Positions 24,658 through 36,925 of a DNA stretch of 64,000 bases are shown one piece after another. The translations under genes and the position numbers were made by a program. Each line of letters starts with the position of its first letter. Positions within the stretch are counted from its first letter, which is position 1. Source of the DNA: Oikopleura dioica (Eukaryota; Animalia; Chordata). Location of the stretch: the NCBI GenBank assembly GCA_907165135.1, contig OU015566.1:2232001-2296000 (forward strand). Reading direction: 5' to 3'. The notes beneath the pieces were generated by a model, which was given only the letters and a program-made list of their open reading frames with translations, ran no database searches and was not told where the DNA came from.

Positions 24658-25685
24658 AGACCGACCCTCGATCCATTCCCCAAAACGAGCTCCATCCAGC
24701 TCTTATTCAAGATTCTACTATTAATTTTAAGTTTTGCCCATTCCACTTTTAGTCGAACCAAAAGTGAGCTGATGGCCCCCTTGATTGATTTCCGGGCCTT
24801 TTGTGTAAATAACATTTTGTAAATTTCTTTCCTCGTCAATTCTAAAAATGCTTGTAAATAATTCATCCTTTTTGACAAAATTTCAATTTTGCAGTTTTAC
24901 GACACTCTTTTCGCACAATTTTCAACAAAAATAATGATAAAAAAATTTTTCGCAGTATAAAATTTAAAAAATAATTTGATCAAAAGCTGCCCTGTTAAAA
25001 GTCCCTGTAAAATAATTCTCTTCGACTCGCAAAATTCAAAATTTCAACCTTTTAAAAATTGTGAAATTACTCGACATCTTTTGATTTCGCCCTGTTTTCT
25101 GAAGAAATGGCTTTTGAAAACAAGGATGAAATCCTCCATTTGGAAAGGTATAAAAAATCAACGACACCCGATGAAATTGGCCAAAGACGACATTTGAGAA
25201 GAACAACTCGAAGATGCGAAATGGGTGAAGAAAATTATCAATGGAGAAGATGTTTTAAAATATTTCCTGCCTTTTTATGCTGTTCAAAAATAAACGACTT
25301 TACTGATTTAAAAATATTATTGACTGATTGCAAAATTTGTTGAAGAACCTTTGGTTGAGGGATTTCTAAAACGTACGTCATTGAATCAACGAATGCGTTT
25401 TGAAATTATATTAACACACTTTGAAGTCACTTCCCGGAGTCCTCAAGAGGGGCACGGCTTGAGCACAGTGGTAAACAACCGAAAGTACGGCTCAAGCAGC
25501 GCTGCTTTTTTAGAACATTAACGACCTCTACATTCTTCAAAAATTGACTGCCACATGTAGCAAACTTCAGAACTGATCAGACTTTGACCTCTCATACTTT
25601 GGTCTATTGGAATAAGGACGCTTATTTATTTGCTGATCTAAGTATCTTCAACAGGCTCTGAAAACTCCCGCAGTTTTTTCCTAAC

Positions 25686-27628
25686 ATGATACTTCTTCAT
25701 TTACTTTTTCTGAAAACTGGCTTTACATTCGACCTGCGCGAGTATCAAACTAATGATCAAGGTCTAAAGAGGGAGGAAGCAAATTCGTTTCTTCGATATC
25801 GAAGAGCTAATGATGGATATGAAGAGTATTGGAACAGAGGCAATTTTGAGCGAGAATGCGTTGAGGAAGTGTGTGATTCAAATGAATTTCATGAAGTTTA
25901 TGATAACTTTGAGAAGGCAGAACCACTTCTGGTAATTTCTTCATATCTAATTCTTCTTTAATTTATAAATCTCATGGTATAAGATACGATATATAACTTG
26001 TCGTCATTACGCAAAGCAGAAAAATATCACAGAACTGGAATTTTTGAGAATTTGTTTCCAGGGAGATAAAGAAATTAACCTTTGTGATGGGGATAATCCT
26101 GTGTCTGGTGAAGGAATTTCTTCTCAAGGAACATCAGAGGTATTTTCATTAATTTTCATAGAGAATAACACTTAACATAAGACCCAAAAAAGACTGGTAA
26201 GAAAATTTGAGCTTGATAAAGAACTAAAACGCCCGAATTTCATAGTCTGAAACTTTCATTCTTGTTATACCGAAGATGCTCATTGATTCTTATTTGATAT
26301 CTGGTGATGGAAAAACAAAAAGACTCCCTACAATTACCTCTCCAGATACTCAATATCAACAAAATTATGCTGAGAGCGCGTTATATGCTGTTTGGCAAAA
26401 TAGATTTTATATCTTTGGCGTTAAATCAGACAGACAAAAGGTATAAAAAGGGTTCTATTTAAAAAAAAAAGATAACTTTCAATCAATAGATTGCCTATCT
26501 AGAAGACTGTCATTTTACAGAGCTGTCAACAAAATTGCTCTTTAGAAAGAGCTCCGACAGTGCCGCTCTTTCGATTAATAACAATACTGAAGGTTTCTCT
26601 TGTTTTTTTCTTCTCGAGTAAAAATGTTAAGTTCTTCTTTGTTTTGCTTCTTCCTATCACCTAGCAAAAAATTGTGAGATTTTTTAACGGGACATCTTCA
26701 AAATACGCGAAGTCTTCAAACTCAATTCATGGAGGTGGAGGGCTCGGAATGTACAACGGACAACCTGTAACTGTTGGAAGCGGGAATAGAGCATCGTATG
26801 AGGCCAAGCCTACCGAGAAAATAGTTGAAACATTCAACTCAACTGGATGGTCTTTTCTTTCTGATCAGGGATCCGATTTTGTGTAGCAATGCTGACCAAT
26901 CAAATGGTTTTTAAGGGGGAGGTCGACGAAAATCGGGATTATACGGGGAATAACAAAACCACATATCGATTTTAGTCTTAAGCTTCCCAGAAAATCAGAT
27001 TTTTTGATGAAGATCAGACTTGCACACGGCGAAATCAAATTTATGGAAAGTATGGTACGTTTCGGACACGAATATATGATGGATTTTAATAACTAAAGAC
27101 CATCTCAACAGAGCTTTTGAAAAAACATTTAAGTAGACTTCATATTTGTGCCAAAATCGGACCCCTGGTATCGATCATCCAACGCAAGTTATCGTTCATT
27201 TTTCATAATTTCATGTAGAAATATTAGAGGATCATGGTATCATACTTTTGTTTCGATGAATGATGGGAGTCTTCTTTTGCTCGGCGGATCGCAAACAAAA
27301 TCTGCTTGGCGATTACAGAATAATGTTTGGACACAACTTGGGAAAATGAAATATGTAAGTGACGTCAATTTTATTTAAACATAAGAGAGCTTGTTTATTG
27401 ATCAAAATATAATTCTAGGACGTCTTTCAACAATCTAGCCTCCAAATCGATAATTATTTATACCTTTTTCCGAAAAAAGGTTATGACAAAATTCATCGGC
27501 TCACAATTGATGAAGAAAAAATATATGAGAACATAGAAGAAAATTTTGAAATAAAACCTATAGCGAAGGACTACTTCCTTGAAACAAACCCTGTTATTTT
27601 TCATGCCAATAAAAATTTTTGTGTCTAA
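25686..27628 (+). CDS. Secreted Gla-domain protein fused to a kelch-like beta-propeller region
   Basis: Signal peptide, then ANSFLRYRRANDGYEEYWNRGNFERECVEEVCDSNEFHEVYDN (propeptide + Gla). Spliced downstream exons give RFYIFGVKSDRQK|IAYLEDCHFTEL, HGGGGLGMYNGQPVTVG, VETFNSTGWSFL, SLLLLGG...WTQLG and PVIFHANKNFCV* (stop 27626-28). Confidence 0.85.
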
Positions 27629-27779
27629 TTCATCTTTAATAATAAACACAAAATATAAATGATCAGCTTCTTTTTTTCTTTATTACAATTTTCATAACAG
27701 GCTCATTCTCGAGCGGCGGAAGAGCTTTCGCCTTTTCGTGATTTATCATCATTTGTCTTGACTTTCGATTAATTTTCTT

Positions 27780-29170
27780 ATTCGTCGAAATCTTCGGAGT
27801 CAGATTTTTAGGAGGACCTTTTCTCGAATCTGGATCTCGAAGAGGAGATGAAGATAGGGTTTGATGAAGTTGATAGAGCCTTTTCGGCGGGCGATTTCTA
27901 AAGAAAAATAGGAAGAGGGATGATTTGGGAACTGAACCTGTGGCTTGATGGAAGTTGGTTTCGGAAAAATTGATGATTTGTTGAACGGGAAGAAAGACGG
28001 GAGTACTGGAAAAGGTCGGTGATTTTCGGGTCGGTAGATGATTCTTTATCTGCGCTCAGAGAAGCTTTTCGGGGTCAAAAGGCTTTTTTTTTTAATTTTT
28101 TCGGCCGAAAATGTCGATTATAGGTAGTTGAAGTTTATGTGTGGTTAGACTTTAAAACTAGTAAAATTAATTCCTCAAATAATTCTTATTGTAAAATTAT
28201 ATAAAGAGCTTTATTTGCATAAGTTTATGATTTCTTCATAAATATGACCCGTCATTATGATAAAAGGATCTTCTTGAAGCCTCGATCTCGAAATCACCAC
28301 CATCGGGCTTGTCGGCACTGCTTCAGGGGTCATCTTTCGTGGGAAAATTTCATCAGGCAAATTTGTTCTAGAATGAAATTCGTGATTTTTTCGAATATTT
28401 CGGGGCTACCTGAAAGGTTTGGAGACAACAACGAGTCTTTTTCTTTGCCTCGCTGAATCTGGCTTTTTCGGCGCCTTTTTCTAGAAAACGAATACTTTGA
28501 TGAGCTTGACTTCTTTTTACCCGCAAGCGGACGCGAAATTTTGTCTTTGTCGGATCTTTCTCTTTGTCCAGAAAGCTGGTTGATTTTGACACTGGATTTC
28601 CTGGTCGCTCGAGGCTTCGTTCTCTTACTAATCGAACATTTTGCTGCTCGATTTTTTCATCAAGCTCGGGAGATAAGTTTTCAGTACTCCAAAATTGCCT
28701 CGGCGGTTCTTGCTTTACTTTCAAATCGATATTCTTGGGAAAAACAGTTGAAGAACGAGGGCTTCTTTGAAGGAACTTACATATTTTTGAAACAATTCGC
28801 TTTTTCTACGGTTCATCATTCGGTTTACTTTTTCGGCTCAACAAGTGGCCCGAAAAGACCGATTTCTTTAATTTCTTGAGCCTTGCCTAAGTCACTGATG
28901 TTCGCATAGTTGTTGATCAGGTCTCTTTCGAATGAGTTTAAATAGAGTTCTTTTTGAACTCATCATTTTTGGTCATTTTCCTTGTTGTTCGCTGCGAATG
29001 CATCGTATCACTTCCTCTAAAAAGCAAAATATCAAATGAAAAGAAATAATTTGTACACAAATTGAAAGTTTCTTGTTTCCGAAGCTGAGTGTTTGCCTAC
29101 CTTTCAGCATTATTTTGACAGCGGCCTGTATCCTCTGCTCCGCGAGACCGCCGCTCTGGCTCTTTCAAGT
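27780..29170 (-). CDS. Possible unknown Lys/Ser/Pro-rich gene; exon structure unresolved
   Basis: Protein-like stretches (ELYLNSFERDLINNYANISDLGKAQEIKK; ORF 28368-28724) and splice-like sites, but I could not build a continuous frame. Confidence 0.3.
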
Positions 29171-29974
29171 ACTCCTCCTTGTCGCCCCAATTTCGCCGAA
29201 GTCGCCTCAATTTTTTTTTTGAGTTTTTTTTTAATCTTTATATTTTTTTAATATTATCAAATTATTTCAATAATCGCAAAAGTTAAAAATTCTTTATAAA
29301 AATCGAAAAAAAGCATTTTCTGGTGTTAACATTTTTTCCTGTATTTTTGTAGAGCTGAGATAGCTGAAATATAATACTGAAACCTTTACCTCCTCGAAGC
29401 AGGTCCAGATTCCGAAAAATTCTTTTTCCTGACTGATCGATTTGCATTTTCAACAAATTCTCTCCAAATTTCAAAGCTCATAATTTTCTCCCTCGACTAA
29501 AATTTCTCGCGAAGCTCTAACTCTTTCCCCGGCGGATTCTCAAGCATCCGTTTTATTGCCGATAACCCGGGCGCAGAATAAATTTCAAACTCGAGCTACT
29601 GTATCACGAAAATAGAGCGACTGTAGCTATTCTTTCGCCGTGGGAAAAAGCAGTGAAAGTCAGTTCCTCAGTTGAGGGGATCCATGATTGTGTAGGTGCT
29701 TTGTCTGCATCGCTGAATGAAAGAAATTTTGTTGTTTGAAAAAATCTCTTGAAAAAATTGAGAAACCTGGCTTCGAAAACTGGGAGTCTGAATAAACTGC
29801 TTCGGCGCATTTTGAACTTCTCTATTTTTTGCAAAAAATCCATGCGCTGCTGAAAATGCAAAAAAATGAGCGGGAGAACGGGCTCTTTGAAATTGAATAT
29901 CTGACAAAGAAAGCGACCATGTTCTGCAAGTGTTTTTTCATAAGAAGAGTTTTCTTGGGATTTTGGTGATTTAA

Positions 29975-32470
29975 TTAATGAAGTTTTAGGTCTTTTAAAT
30001 CGGCAGGTTTGATTGTTTGGCGTCGCATTTCGCTTTCGTAGAAGATGCAAGCTGAAAACATCGATAAAATTATTCGGTAAGATAAAATAAAAGATGTCAA
30101 ACGCGATTGAAAAATTGATTTCTAGGTTTGATTCGGTAATCAGCCAGAAAATTTTTATATTTTCCGGAACGCTTTAGCCATATAACGGAACAACTCATCT
30201 TATTTTCTAAGAACAACTAAAATGAGAAAACTATAAATATCGAAGATCTAAAGTCGCGAATATGGAAGATTCTGACAAATAATTCTAATAATTATTTTTT
30301 AAAAACCTACTTTTGTCAATTTTCAAGTTCGATTCGTAAATCTCGAAGTTGAAGGTAAACTTTTCATCCGATCCGAAAAATCCTTCAAAAAGCCGATCAT
30401 CAACGTCAGGAGGAGGTTTCAGCTCACGGATGGCAGTGAACGTCTCGCCAGCTTTCGCATAAAAACTCCCATCGTCTGTGCAGAACGGTGATCTCAGCGT
30501 AAAAAGCGGTCGATCTTGAAATGAAGAATAAATTTTGGAAAATTAAAAGAGGTTACTTTCGTCGAAGAACTTGACGGACACTTGTTTTGTCGGCTTCATC
30601 GGGAGGACTTTTAGCCATTGAGATTTATTGATATGCCATTGGATGTCAGATTTGTAGGGAGATTTGCAGTCGACTGGAGTAAATTTTATTCTTCTCGATT
30701 CACGCCATCTGTTTGTGGCTTTTTGTCGTGATTTAGATCAAAGACCAGAATTGTCTTTAAAACCAACAGATTCTGTATTTTCAAAAAAAAATAAAATACT
30801 GATAAAACAAAATTTTTCTTGTAAAAATTGGCTTCCAATCGAAGAGCCATTCCTATAATTTCCATCCGACTTATCTTCAATAAACCTCAAAAACACCAAG
30901 TCAATCTGCTCCTCATCTCCATCTTCCTCATTCTCCAGCACTTCTACCATACATCGATGAGTTTCAAAAAGCACCTTGAAGATCGACTTTTGAACCGAAT
31001 CTTTTTGCTTCATCTTTCCGAGAAAAATTCGATTCGACCAAACGCCCAGGCGGTACTTTTTATTCCTGATCAAAATGTCGCCAACTGCATGGACTCGCGG
31101 GAAGCGAGAGAAGTCGATTTGGCCGGAAGTTGATTGGAAGGGATGGCGGACGGTGGGGAGCTCCATTGTTCCCCAAGCTTCACTGGAGCAGACGTAGTCG
31201 CGCATGTCGGCATATGGCTTCTCGATTCTAGAGAAAGGGGATGAGATTTTACCGAGGGATCTATATTTAGGCTTACCGGACTAAATTTCGGGCGATTTTT
31301 CTAGCTTAGTAGGGGGGTCATATGACACATATTTAGAAAGCCCAGAAGCTGAGCTTTCATTTGAGCGTAAAATCAGGGGGTCTGGGTCATGCCCGCAAGG
31401 CAATTCATGGGACTTGAAGTCCCAAAATGGGCACTAGAATCCTTCAACCGATTTTTTGGAGGCCCGTCCGGCCTCCAAACCAATCAAGAGTCATATATTC
31501 AGAAAGCTCAGGCTTTGAGCTTTCAGATGAGGTCTAGAAATCTTAGTGCCAAGTGGTTTGTGTCCACCTGGAGGCGCTAGAAGTTGGCGGTTAATATCCG
31601 GAAATGCCGGAAAACTCGGTTTTTGAGTTCTAAACTCTACAATTATATGTATAAAACATATATAAACAATAATTAATGCATTAAAAAGTTGAACGGAGGT
31701 CAAACCGGGTGGTCAACCGGGTGGTTCATCGTGGGCCATATTTCCATGTTTTATTTCCTGTGTCATATGACCACCCAACTAAGCTAGAAATATGGGTCGA
31801 AATTTAGTCCGGTAAGCCTATCTATATTGGTACCTGTATTTGACGGTCCATTGATATTCGTCAAACATTCTTTTACACAAACCAGCATTTTCGAACTCAT
31901 GTTTGACCGCTTCTTTCTTGATTTTCTCCAAAATATTCATCAAGTTGAAAATTCTTGTGTATGGAAGATCAGAAATATTCATCAAATCCAATCCAAAGCT
32001 CTTCTGCGGTCCATTCTTTTCGAGAAATTTCGCGAATTCTTGAAAGAGTCGGGAGAAATGAGGTGATTCTTGAACTGGATCGAAGGCTTTTTCGTGAATG
32101 GTTTTTTCGAGGAGGTCAAAGAATTCCGGATCGTCAAGGTAAGTCGATCGGATGAGTTGAGGGATCTTAATTGGGTCGAGAAGATGTTCGAGATGATCTT
32201 CCTCAGAAGTGGAGTCGGTGGAGGAACGAGGAGTTGGGCTGTAGGGTTTGCCGTCTGTGACGCCGACTTTTGCAAGAAAACAGATGTGGATTCGGTAGAG
32301 CTCTGAAATGATAGTTTATGATTAAAATTGCCGTTCAATGAAAATTCACTGTAATTGAAAAGAAGAAAGGCCTTCTGAATATTTGCGAATCATTTGTCTG
32401 ATCCTTTCATGTGTGTCGTTCCGATGGGAGTAATCGCAAACAAAAGATAAAAGATTAATGAAATTCGTTT
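29975..32470 (-). CDS. Multi-exon gene of unknown function
   Basis: Phase-consistent junctions FNY|KLYRIHIC..., WTVKYR|IEKPYADMRDY..., KFFDE|NRPLFTL..., KIDK|TCIFYESEMRR...LKLH*. One junction near 30740-30830 and the start are unresolved. Confidence 0.7.
31268..31820. mobile_element. Non-autonomous TAGG-ended element with an 8-bp TSD, 553 bp, inside an intron
   Basis: Ends TAGGCTTACCGGACTAAATTTCG and CGAAATTTAGTCCGGTAAGCCTA, with imperfect inverted similarity extending about 60 bp. TCTATATT is duplicated at 31260-67 and 31821-28. It shares internal motifs with 19216-20517. Confidence 0.92.
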
Positions 32471-32751
32471 TGACTTTTGCTCTCAATATTCGAGTTTTTC
32501 AAAAAAAATTAACTAAATGGAAGAGAAAAATACGCAGATTATAAAAATTTGTAAATCTAAGAAAACCTTGGACGATACTCTTGATTCAGCATCCACATTG
32601 TCTGAGAGCCCACTTGGAGAGTACAAGGATGAAGATTTCCCAGAGCTGAAAGAAGTTCCGCAATACTCGAAAGATTCTGAAAAAAATAAGCGGAACGTAC
32701 TGTATTGTGCTGCCCTGTGCCACCCGCTCCGATCCAATCAAGCTCTCATAC

Positions 32752-33216
32752 CAGGGGTCTGGATTCGCTTTGCGAATTCGCTCATGAGCGAAGCGAAGCA
32801 GAGCGAAGCGAAGTCGCTTCGCTCACTGTGTGGCATTTATTCACATTGCCGTTTGCCCAAGATTTCGGTTCCCCCAAGTTGGGTAAACGGTGATTTGGGG
32901 AAACTGCATTTGGGCAAATGGAGATCACTCGAGCCACACATCCTCTTCAGCTGAGTTAGATCAGAAAATTCACGATTTCGCTCTTTCCAGAGAGGGAGTC
33001 CGAATGCCCGAAAACAAATAAAATTGAAAGCGAACTTAAAATGGACACTTTTTCGAAGGTCAAATATTATCGGAAAATTTTCGCTTTTTAGAAAAATTTT
33101 TCGCTTCGCTTCGCTTTCGCTTTCGAAAATTTGATTCGCTTCGCTTCGCTTTCGCTTTAAATTTTTGAAAAATTTTCGCTTTCGCTTTTCATTTTCGGCC
33201 AAAATCCAGACCCCTG
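32752..33216. mobile_element. CAGGG-ended MITE with a 14-bp TIR, a 7-bp TSD and internal GCGAAGC/GCTTCGC arrays
   Basis: CAGGGGTCTGGATT and AATCCAGACCCCTG. CTCATAC is duplicated at 32745-51 and 33217-23. Superfamily uncertain (hAT usually 8 bp, P 7-8 bp). Confidence 0.88.
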
Positions 33217-33549
33217 CTCATACGACGAATCAGTTATGAACGAGAGCGAGAATTGTGCCCCGGCAACTAATGAGTTCTCTATCAGAAAAGGCATACGTTA
33301 GGGGCCCTAACTTAGGGCTTCAGGCCCGTTTAAAAGTGCTGATTTAATGGAAATAGAAAATTTAATGAAAATTAATTTTTGACATCTTCAATTTTCTAAA
33401 TTCCCTTTTTATCGTCACTGTTTGCTAACACATACAGTAAAACTCAAAATTTGGCGGGTTTTGGTCGTCATTGACTGATTTTTGAATCTGATAAAGACTC
33501 AAAAATTGGCCGTTTTTTAAAAATAACGAAATAATTAGGTGACTTACAG

Positions 33550-34400
33550 AACTGGAATCGCTATCCTTTTAAGATCGAATATTTTCGGACGAGGCGAAAC
33601 GGGTGATGCTAGGCGGCACAATTAAGTGATTCCAAGATAAGCCGATTAAAGACTCAGCTCAAGTGGAAAAAATCGAAAATGGAATAGGCACCCTGAACAA
33701 CAACCTCCAGAAATTTCTCAAAATACAGAATAACGTCGCCCTCACGTCAGCTGAGCTTCAAGCTTTGGCAGATAAAACAATGCTCCAGAAATTGGATGGA
33801 ATTGACATGAGAGCGGCAAACACAGAATCAGATGCTTTTCTTTTCTTGAAAGCAATAGCTTCAGGACAAAGATACGCAAATATAAAAATTGATTATGGCG
33901 AGAAGGATACATGGGCATATGGTTATAAACAATCTTACAATGTCTTTGATCACCCTGTCTCATTCGATGGTTGGAGTGTCCAATTTACATGCAAAGTTAA
34001 AGAAAGGAAAGTGTTTATAATTTTGAGATTTGAATGTTGTTTCTTATTTTCTGATGTTTGTCCATGATCTTTGAATTCAAAGCACTTTATGAGGGTGTTA
34101 AATCCTGATATACCTACATGGAAGAGAATCCTCTTCGATGATTATAAGAAAATTGAATTCTCATTTTGCTATCAAATAGAATTCCAGTCTCCCGAAAATC
34201 GTGATTTCAAATTCTCTGCGCAATCGTCCGAACCTATTTCTCCCTATCCAAATCGAAAAACCGTATCGCTAAAACTAGCTCAAGATAGAAAAATCGACAC
34301 TAAAGAATCAGTTGTCGTTCATCATGGGTTTGCTGAAACAGAGCTTAAGACTCAAGTGCTTAAAGACTTACATGCCGTGCTTGAAGGAAGAGTTCAATAA
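33550..34400 (+). CDS. Unknown protein with a weak CBM2-like aromatic pattern; 5' end unresolved
   Basis: Exons join as GET|DSAQVEKIENG...DYGEKDTWAYGYKQSYNVFDHPVSFDGWSVQFTCKVKERK|HFMRVLNPDIPTWKRILFDDYKKIEFSFC...EGRVQ*. Confidence 0.6.
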
Positions 34401-34439
34401 AATAAATTTAAAAGCACATGTTCTTGTCAAAAACAAATA

Positions 34440-34600
34440 CAGTGGTGTGAGGAGTTTCCGCACCCTTTGTGAGTGCTGCGTTGCCGCACTCCAAGCCCGC
34501 TCTTTTTCTACTTATTTCTTCTAGAAGAAGCAAAAGTGAGTGTTGCGTTTCCGCACCCTTTACCCGCTCTTTAGGGGTGCGCAAACTCCTCACACCATTA
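34440..34600. mobile_element. Tc1/mariner-type MITE (about 160 bp)
   Basis: TA|CAGTGGTGTGAGGAGTTTCCGCACCC versus GGGTGCGCAAACTCCTCACACCATTA|TA: an imperfect TIR of about 25 bp flanked by TA. Confidence 0.7.
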
Positions 34601-34817
34601 TACGTTATTTTGTCAAAGTCAAGTTTTTCAACACGCTCCATAGGCAAGGCTTGTGTATTTTGAACTTTGTTGAAGATGCCCGTGGAAAGAGGCAAACAAT
34701 TACATGGACTGTTTCTCAATCCTCGGACCAATAAACGTAATTATTCTTGGAGCAATCACAATAAAAGCACTGTTATAAAACATTGATCTTAATTAAATTC
34801 GAATCTTACAAAGACAT

Positions 34818-36507
34818 TTATAGTATGATATCACAAATTATTGTGTCAGAAAGAAACAAACCTGGTAAAATCTGACGATGAATCCTCGGTAAGCTCTCAA
34901 TAATAGCACTGAATTCCGGGTTGTTTCCATATTGATGATAGAAACTATCGAGCAATCTGAGCGATTCTGATGTTCTCTCAATCGTTTCGAGAAATTCAGC
35001 GATTGCGAAGTGGTAGTCTTTTCGCTTGAGAAAGTCTTCTTTTGAGTAGAAAGAGTTGAGTCGTTGCTTGAGGATTTCTTTTCTCGTTTGTTCAGGAATC
35101 AGGTCAGGAGTCTGCTCGCGAGATTCGATGATGTCAAGGACGGGGGAGGTTTTTGGCGGAGTTGGAGCGATTCTTTTCGGTCTTTTTTGTGATGAATTTC
35201 TGGAAAAAAGGAGTCCATTTTGAAAAAATATTTTTTCCGCAAAATCATCCCTTTTCCTGATTGGCGGTCTTCGTTTATGTTTTCGATCATTTTTCTCCAT
35301 CAGCTGTTCGCTCAAATCCATCAGAACCACTTCTGGTCCATTATTGCAACTTCTCATAATTCTCTCGTACGTTTCATCAGACATTCGTCTCTCTAGAATT
35401 CTTCTCAAAATCGATTTTTCGCATGAATAATTCATCGCTCAGGTGAGAAGAGCCATTGTTGGCTCTTATTCAAGGGCAAGTTTTGTTACCTTTTCTGGGG
35501 GTCGAGGGAGAGTCTTGGGCTTCTTGAGGAATTTCTTGATAGGTTTCTGGCTGAAAAATTTCATCCTCAAAGATTTCCGGTGATGATTTTGGCGGAGGGT
35601 GGGGCTGAAACGAGGCAAATTCGGAACTTGTTGCTTCGAGAGACGAGCTTTCTGAAGATTCTAGAGCGCATTCGGTTTGAATCGACTCGATTGATTTGAG
35701 CGTCCCGTAGTCTTCGTGGATCGCAAGTTTTTGGAGCTGAGGAATGACTGGAGGTTGTTGTGGTGGAGTTATTCTTCGAGGAAGTGGTTGAGGGATGGAG
35801 TTTTCGTGTAATTGTGGTGTGATATTTCTTGGTTTTGAAGGAGGGATGAAATTTGGTCGAGGAGGTTTTGTTGGTTTTTTTCCAGGTCGAGGGGAGTTTG
35901 CTGGAGAAAATGATCTTTGCTCGTTCACGTCCTTAATTTTATCCGCTAAATACCTTATTATGGCCTTACCTTTACCCTTACCCTAACCGTTAGTGTTTTT
36001 AAACTTGAAGTCTTACGTTCACCCTAACCCTACCTCTTAATCTTGAAATATATTTCGAATTTTCTATCATTTGTATTCAATTAATTACCTCGAATTTTGC
36101 GAGCATATTTCTGACCCCAGTAAATCCTTCATCTTTTTCCCTCATGTTTTCCTTCCTATTCTTTTTTCTTTGCAGAGTGTCTCTATGGCGCGCAATAAGC
36201 CCCTCAAAATCACTTCTGATTTCTTTTGTTCCAATCTTTAAACAAATTTCTCTTTGCCGATCATAAAAAGAAAGCAAAGCTCTTACACATAAAATCCGAT
36301 GTTTACTATTGTTCTTTGAATTATGTTTCCAGCGTGAATTCGGGTGATTGAGAGGCCCTGGAGGCCGAGTCACTAAATCAATTTGACAAAGAAATGAGAA
36401 AATAAAAAGATGACTCTAACTCTGATACGCAAATAAAGAAACTGGCATGAGCCAAAATTCTTTTGATCACAAAACTCACCAAGATTTGTACTTAGTTTTT
36501 CATTCAT
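34818..36507 (-). CDS. Proline-rich, largely disordered protein with a helical C-terminus; unknown function
   Basis: Phase-consistent GT-AG joins MNEKLSTNL|VTRPPG...AKFE|DVNEQRSFSP...TPRK|AMNYSCEK..., ending LFLSDTIICDIIL*. Confidence 0.7.
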
Positions 36508-36925
36508 ATGGATAATTTCTCTTTAAGTTTTCGCTGAGTGGGCGTTTAGAGGAAATTTGATTGACCGGATGCAGAGTGATTCAGAAAACCTTAGCCATAA
36601 CATGATAAAAATCGCTCTGTACAATTTTCATCCCTTAAAATTTCCCCAAAAAAAATTCAAAAGACGAAAAGTAAAAATAGACAGGTTATGAAAAAGCTTT
36701 AAGAAAGCGTTTTCTCTCGTGGGATTCTTAACTCAAGCTAACCACATGGCATGAAGCTAACAATTTACATGTCAGCATGACAAGCATCGATCAAATTATT
36801 TGATCGCGATGTCCTTTGAAATTTAAGTACGGCGACGAGTGCTTGCTCTCTTACTCCATCTATCAAAAACGATATATAAGGAGTGCTGATGATTGTGGAA
36901 CTTATACTATTTCTAGTTGAAAAAA

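Noticed and set aside
24654-25343. Short ORFs 24654-24878 (-) and 25107-25343 (+)
   Set aside because: Partly protein-like, but I found no consistent splice phases or recognisable domain.
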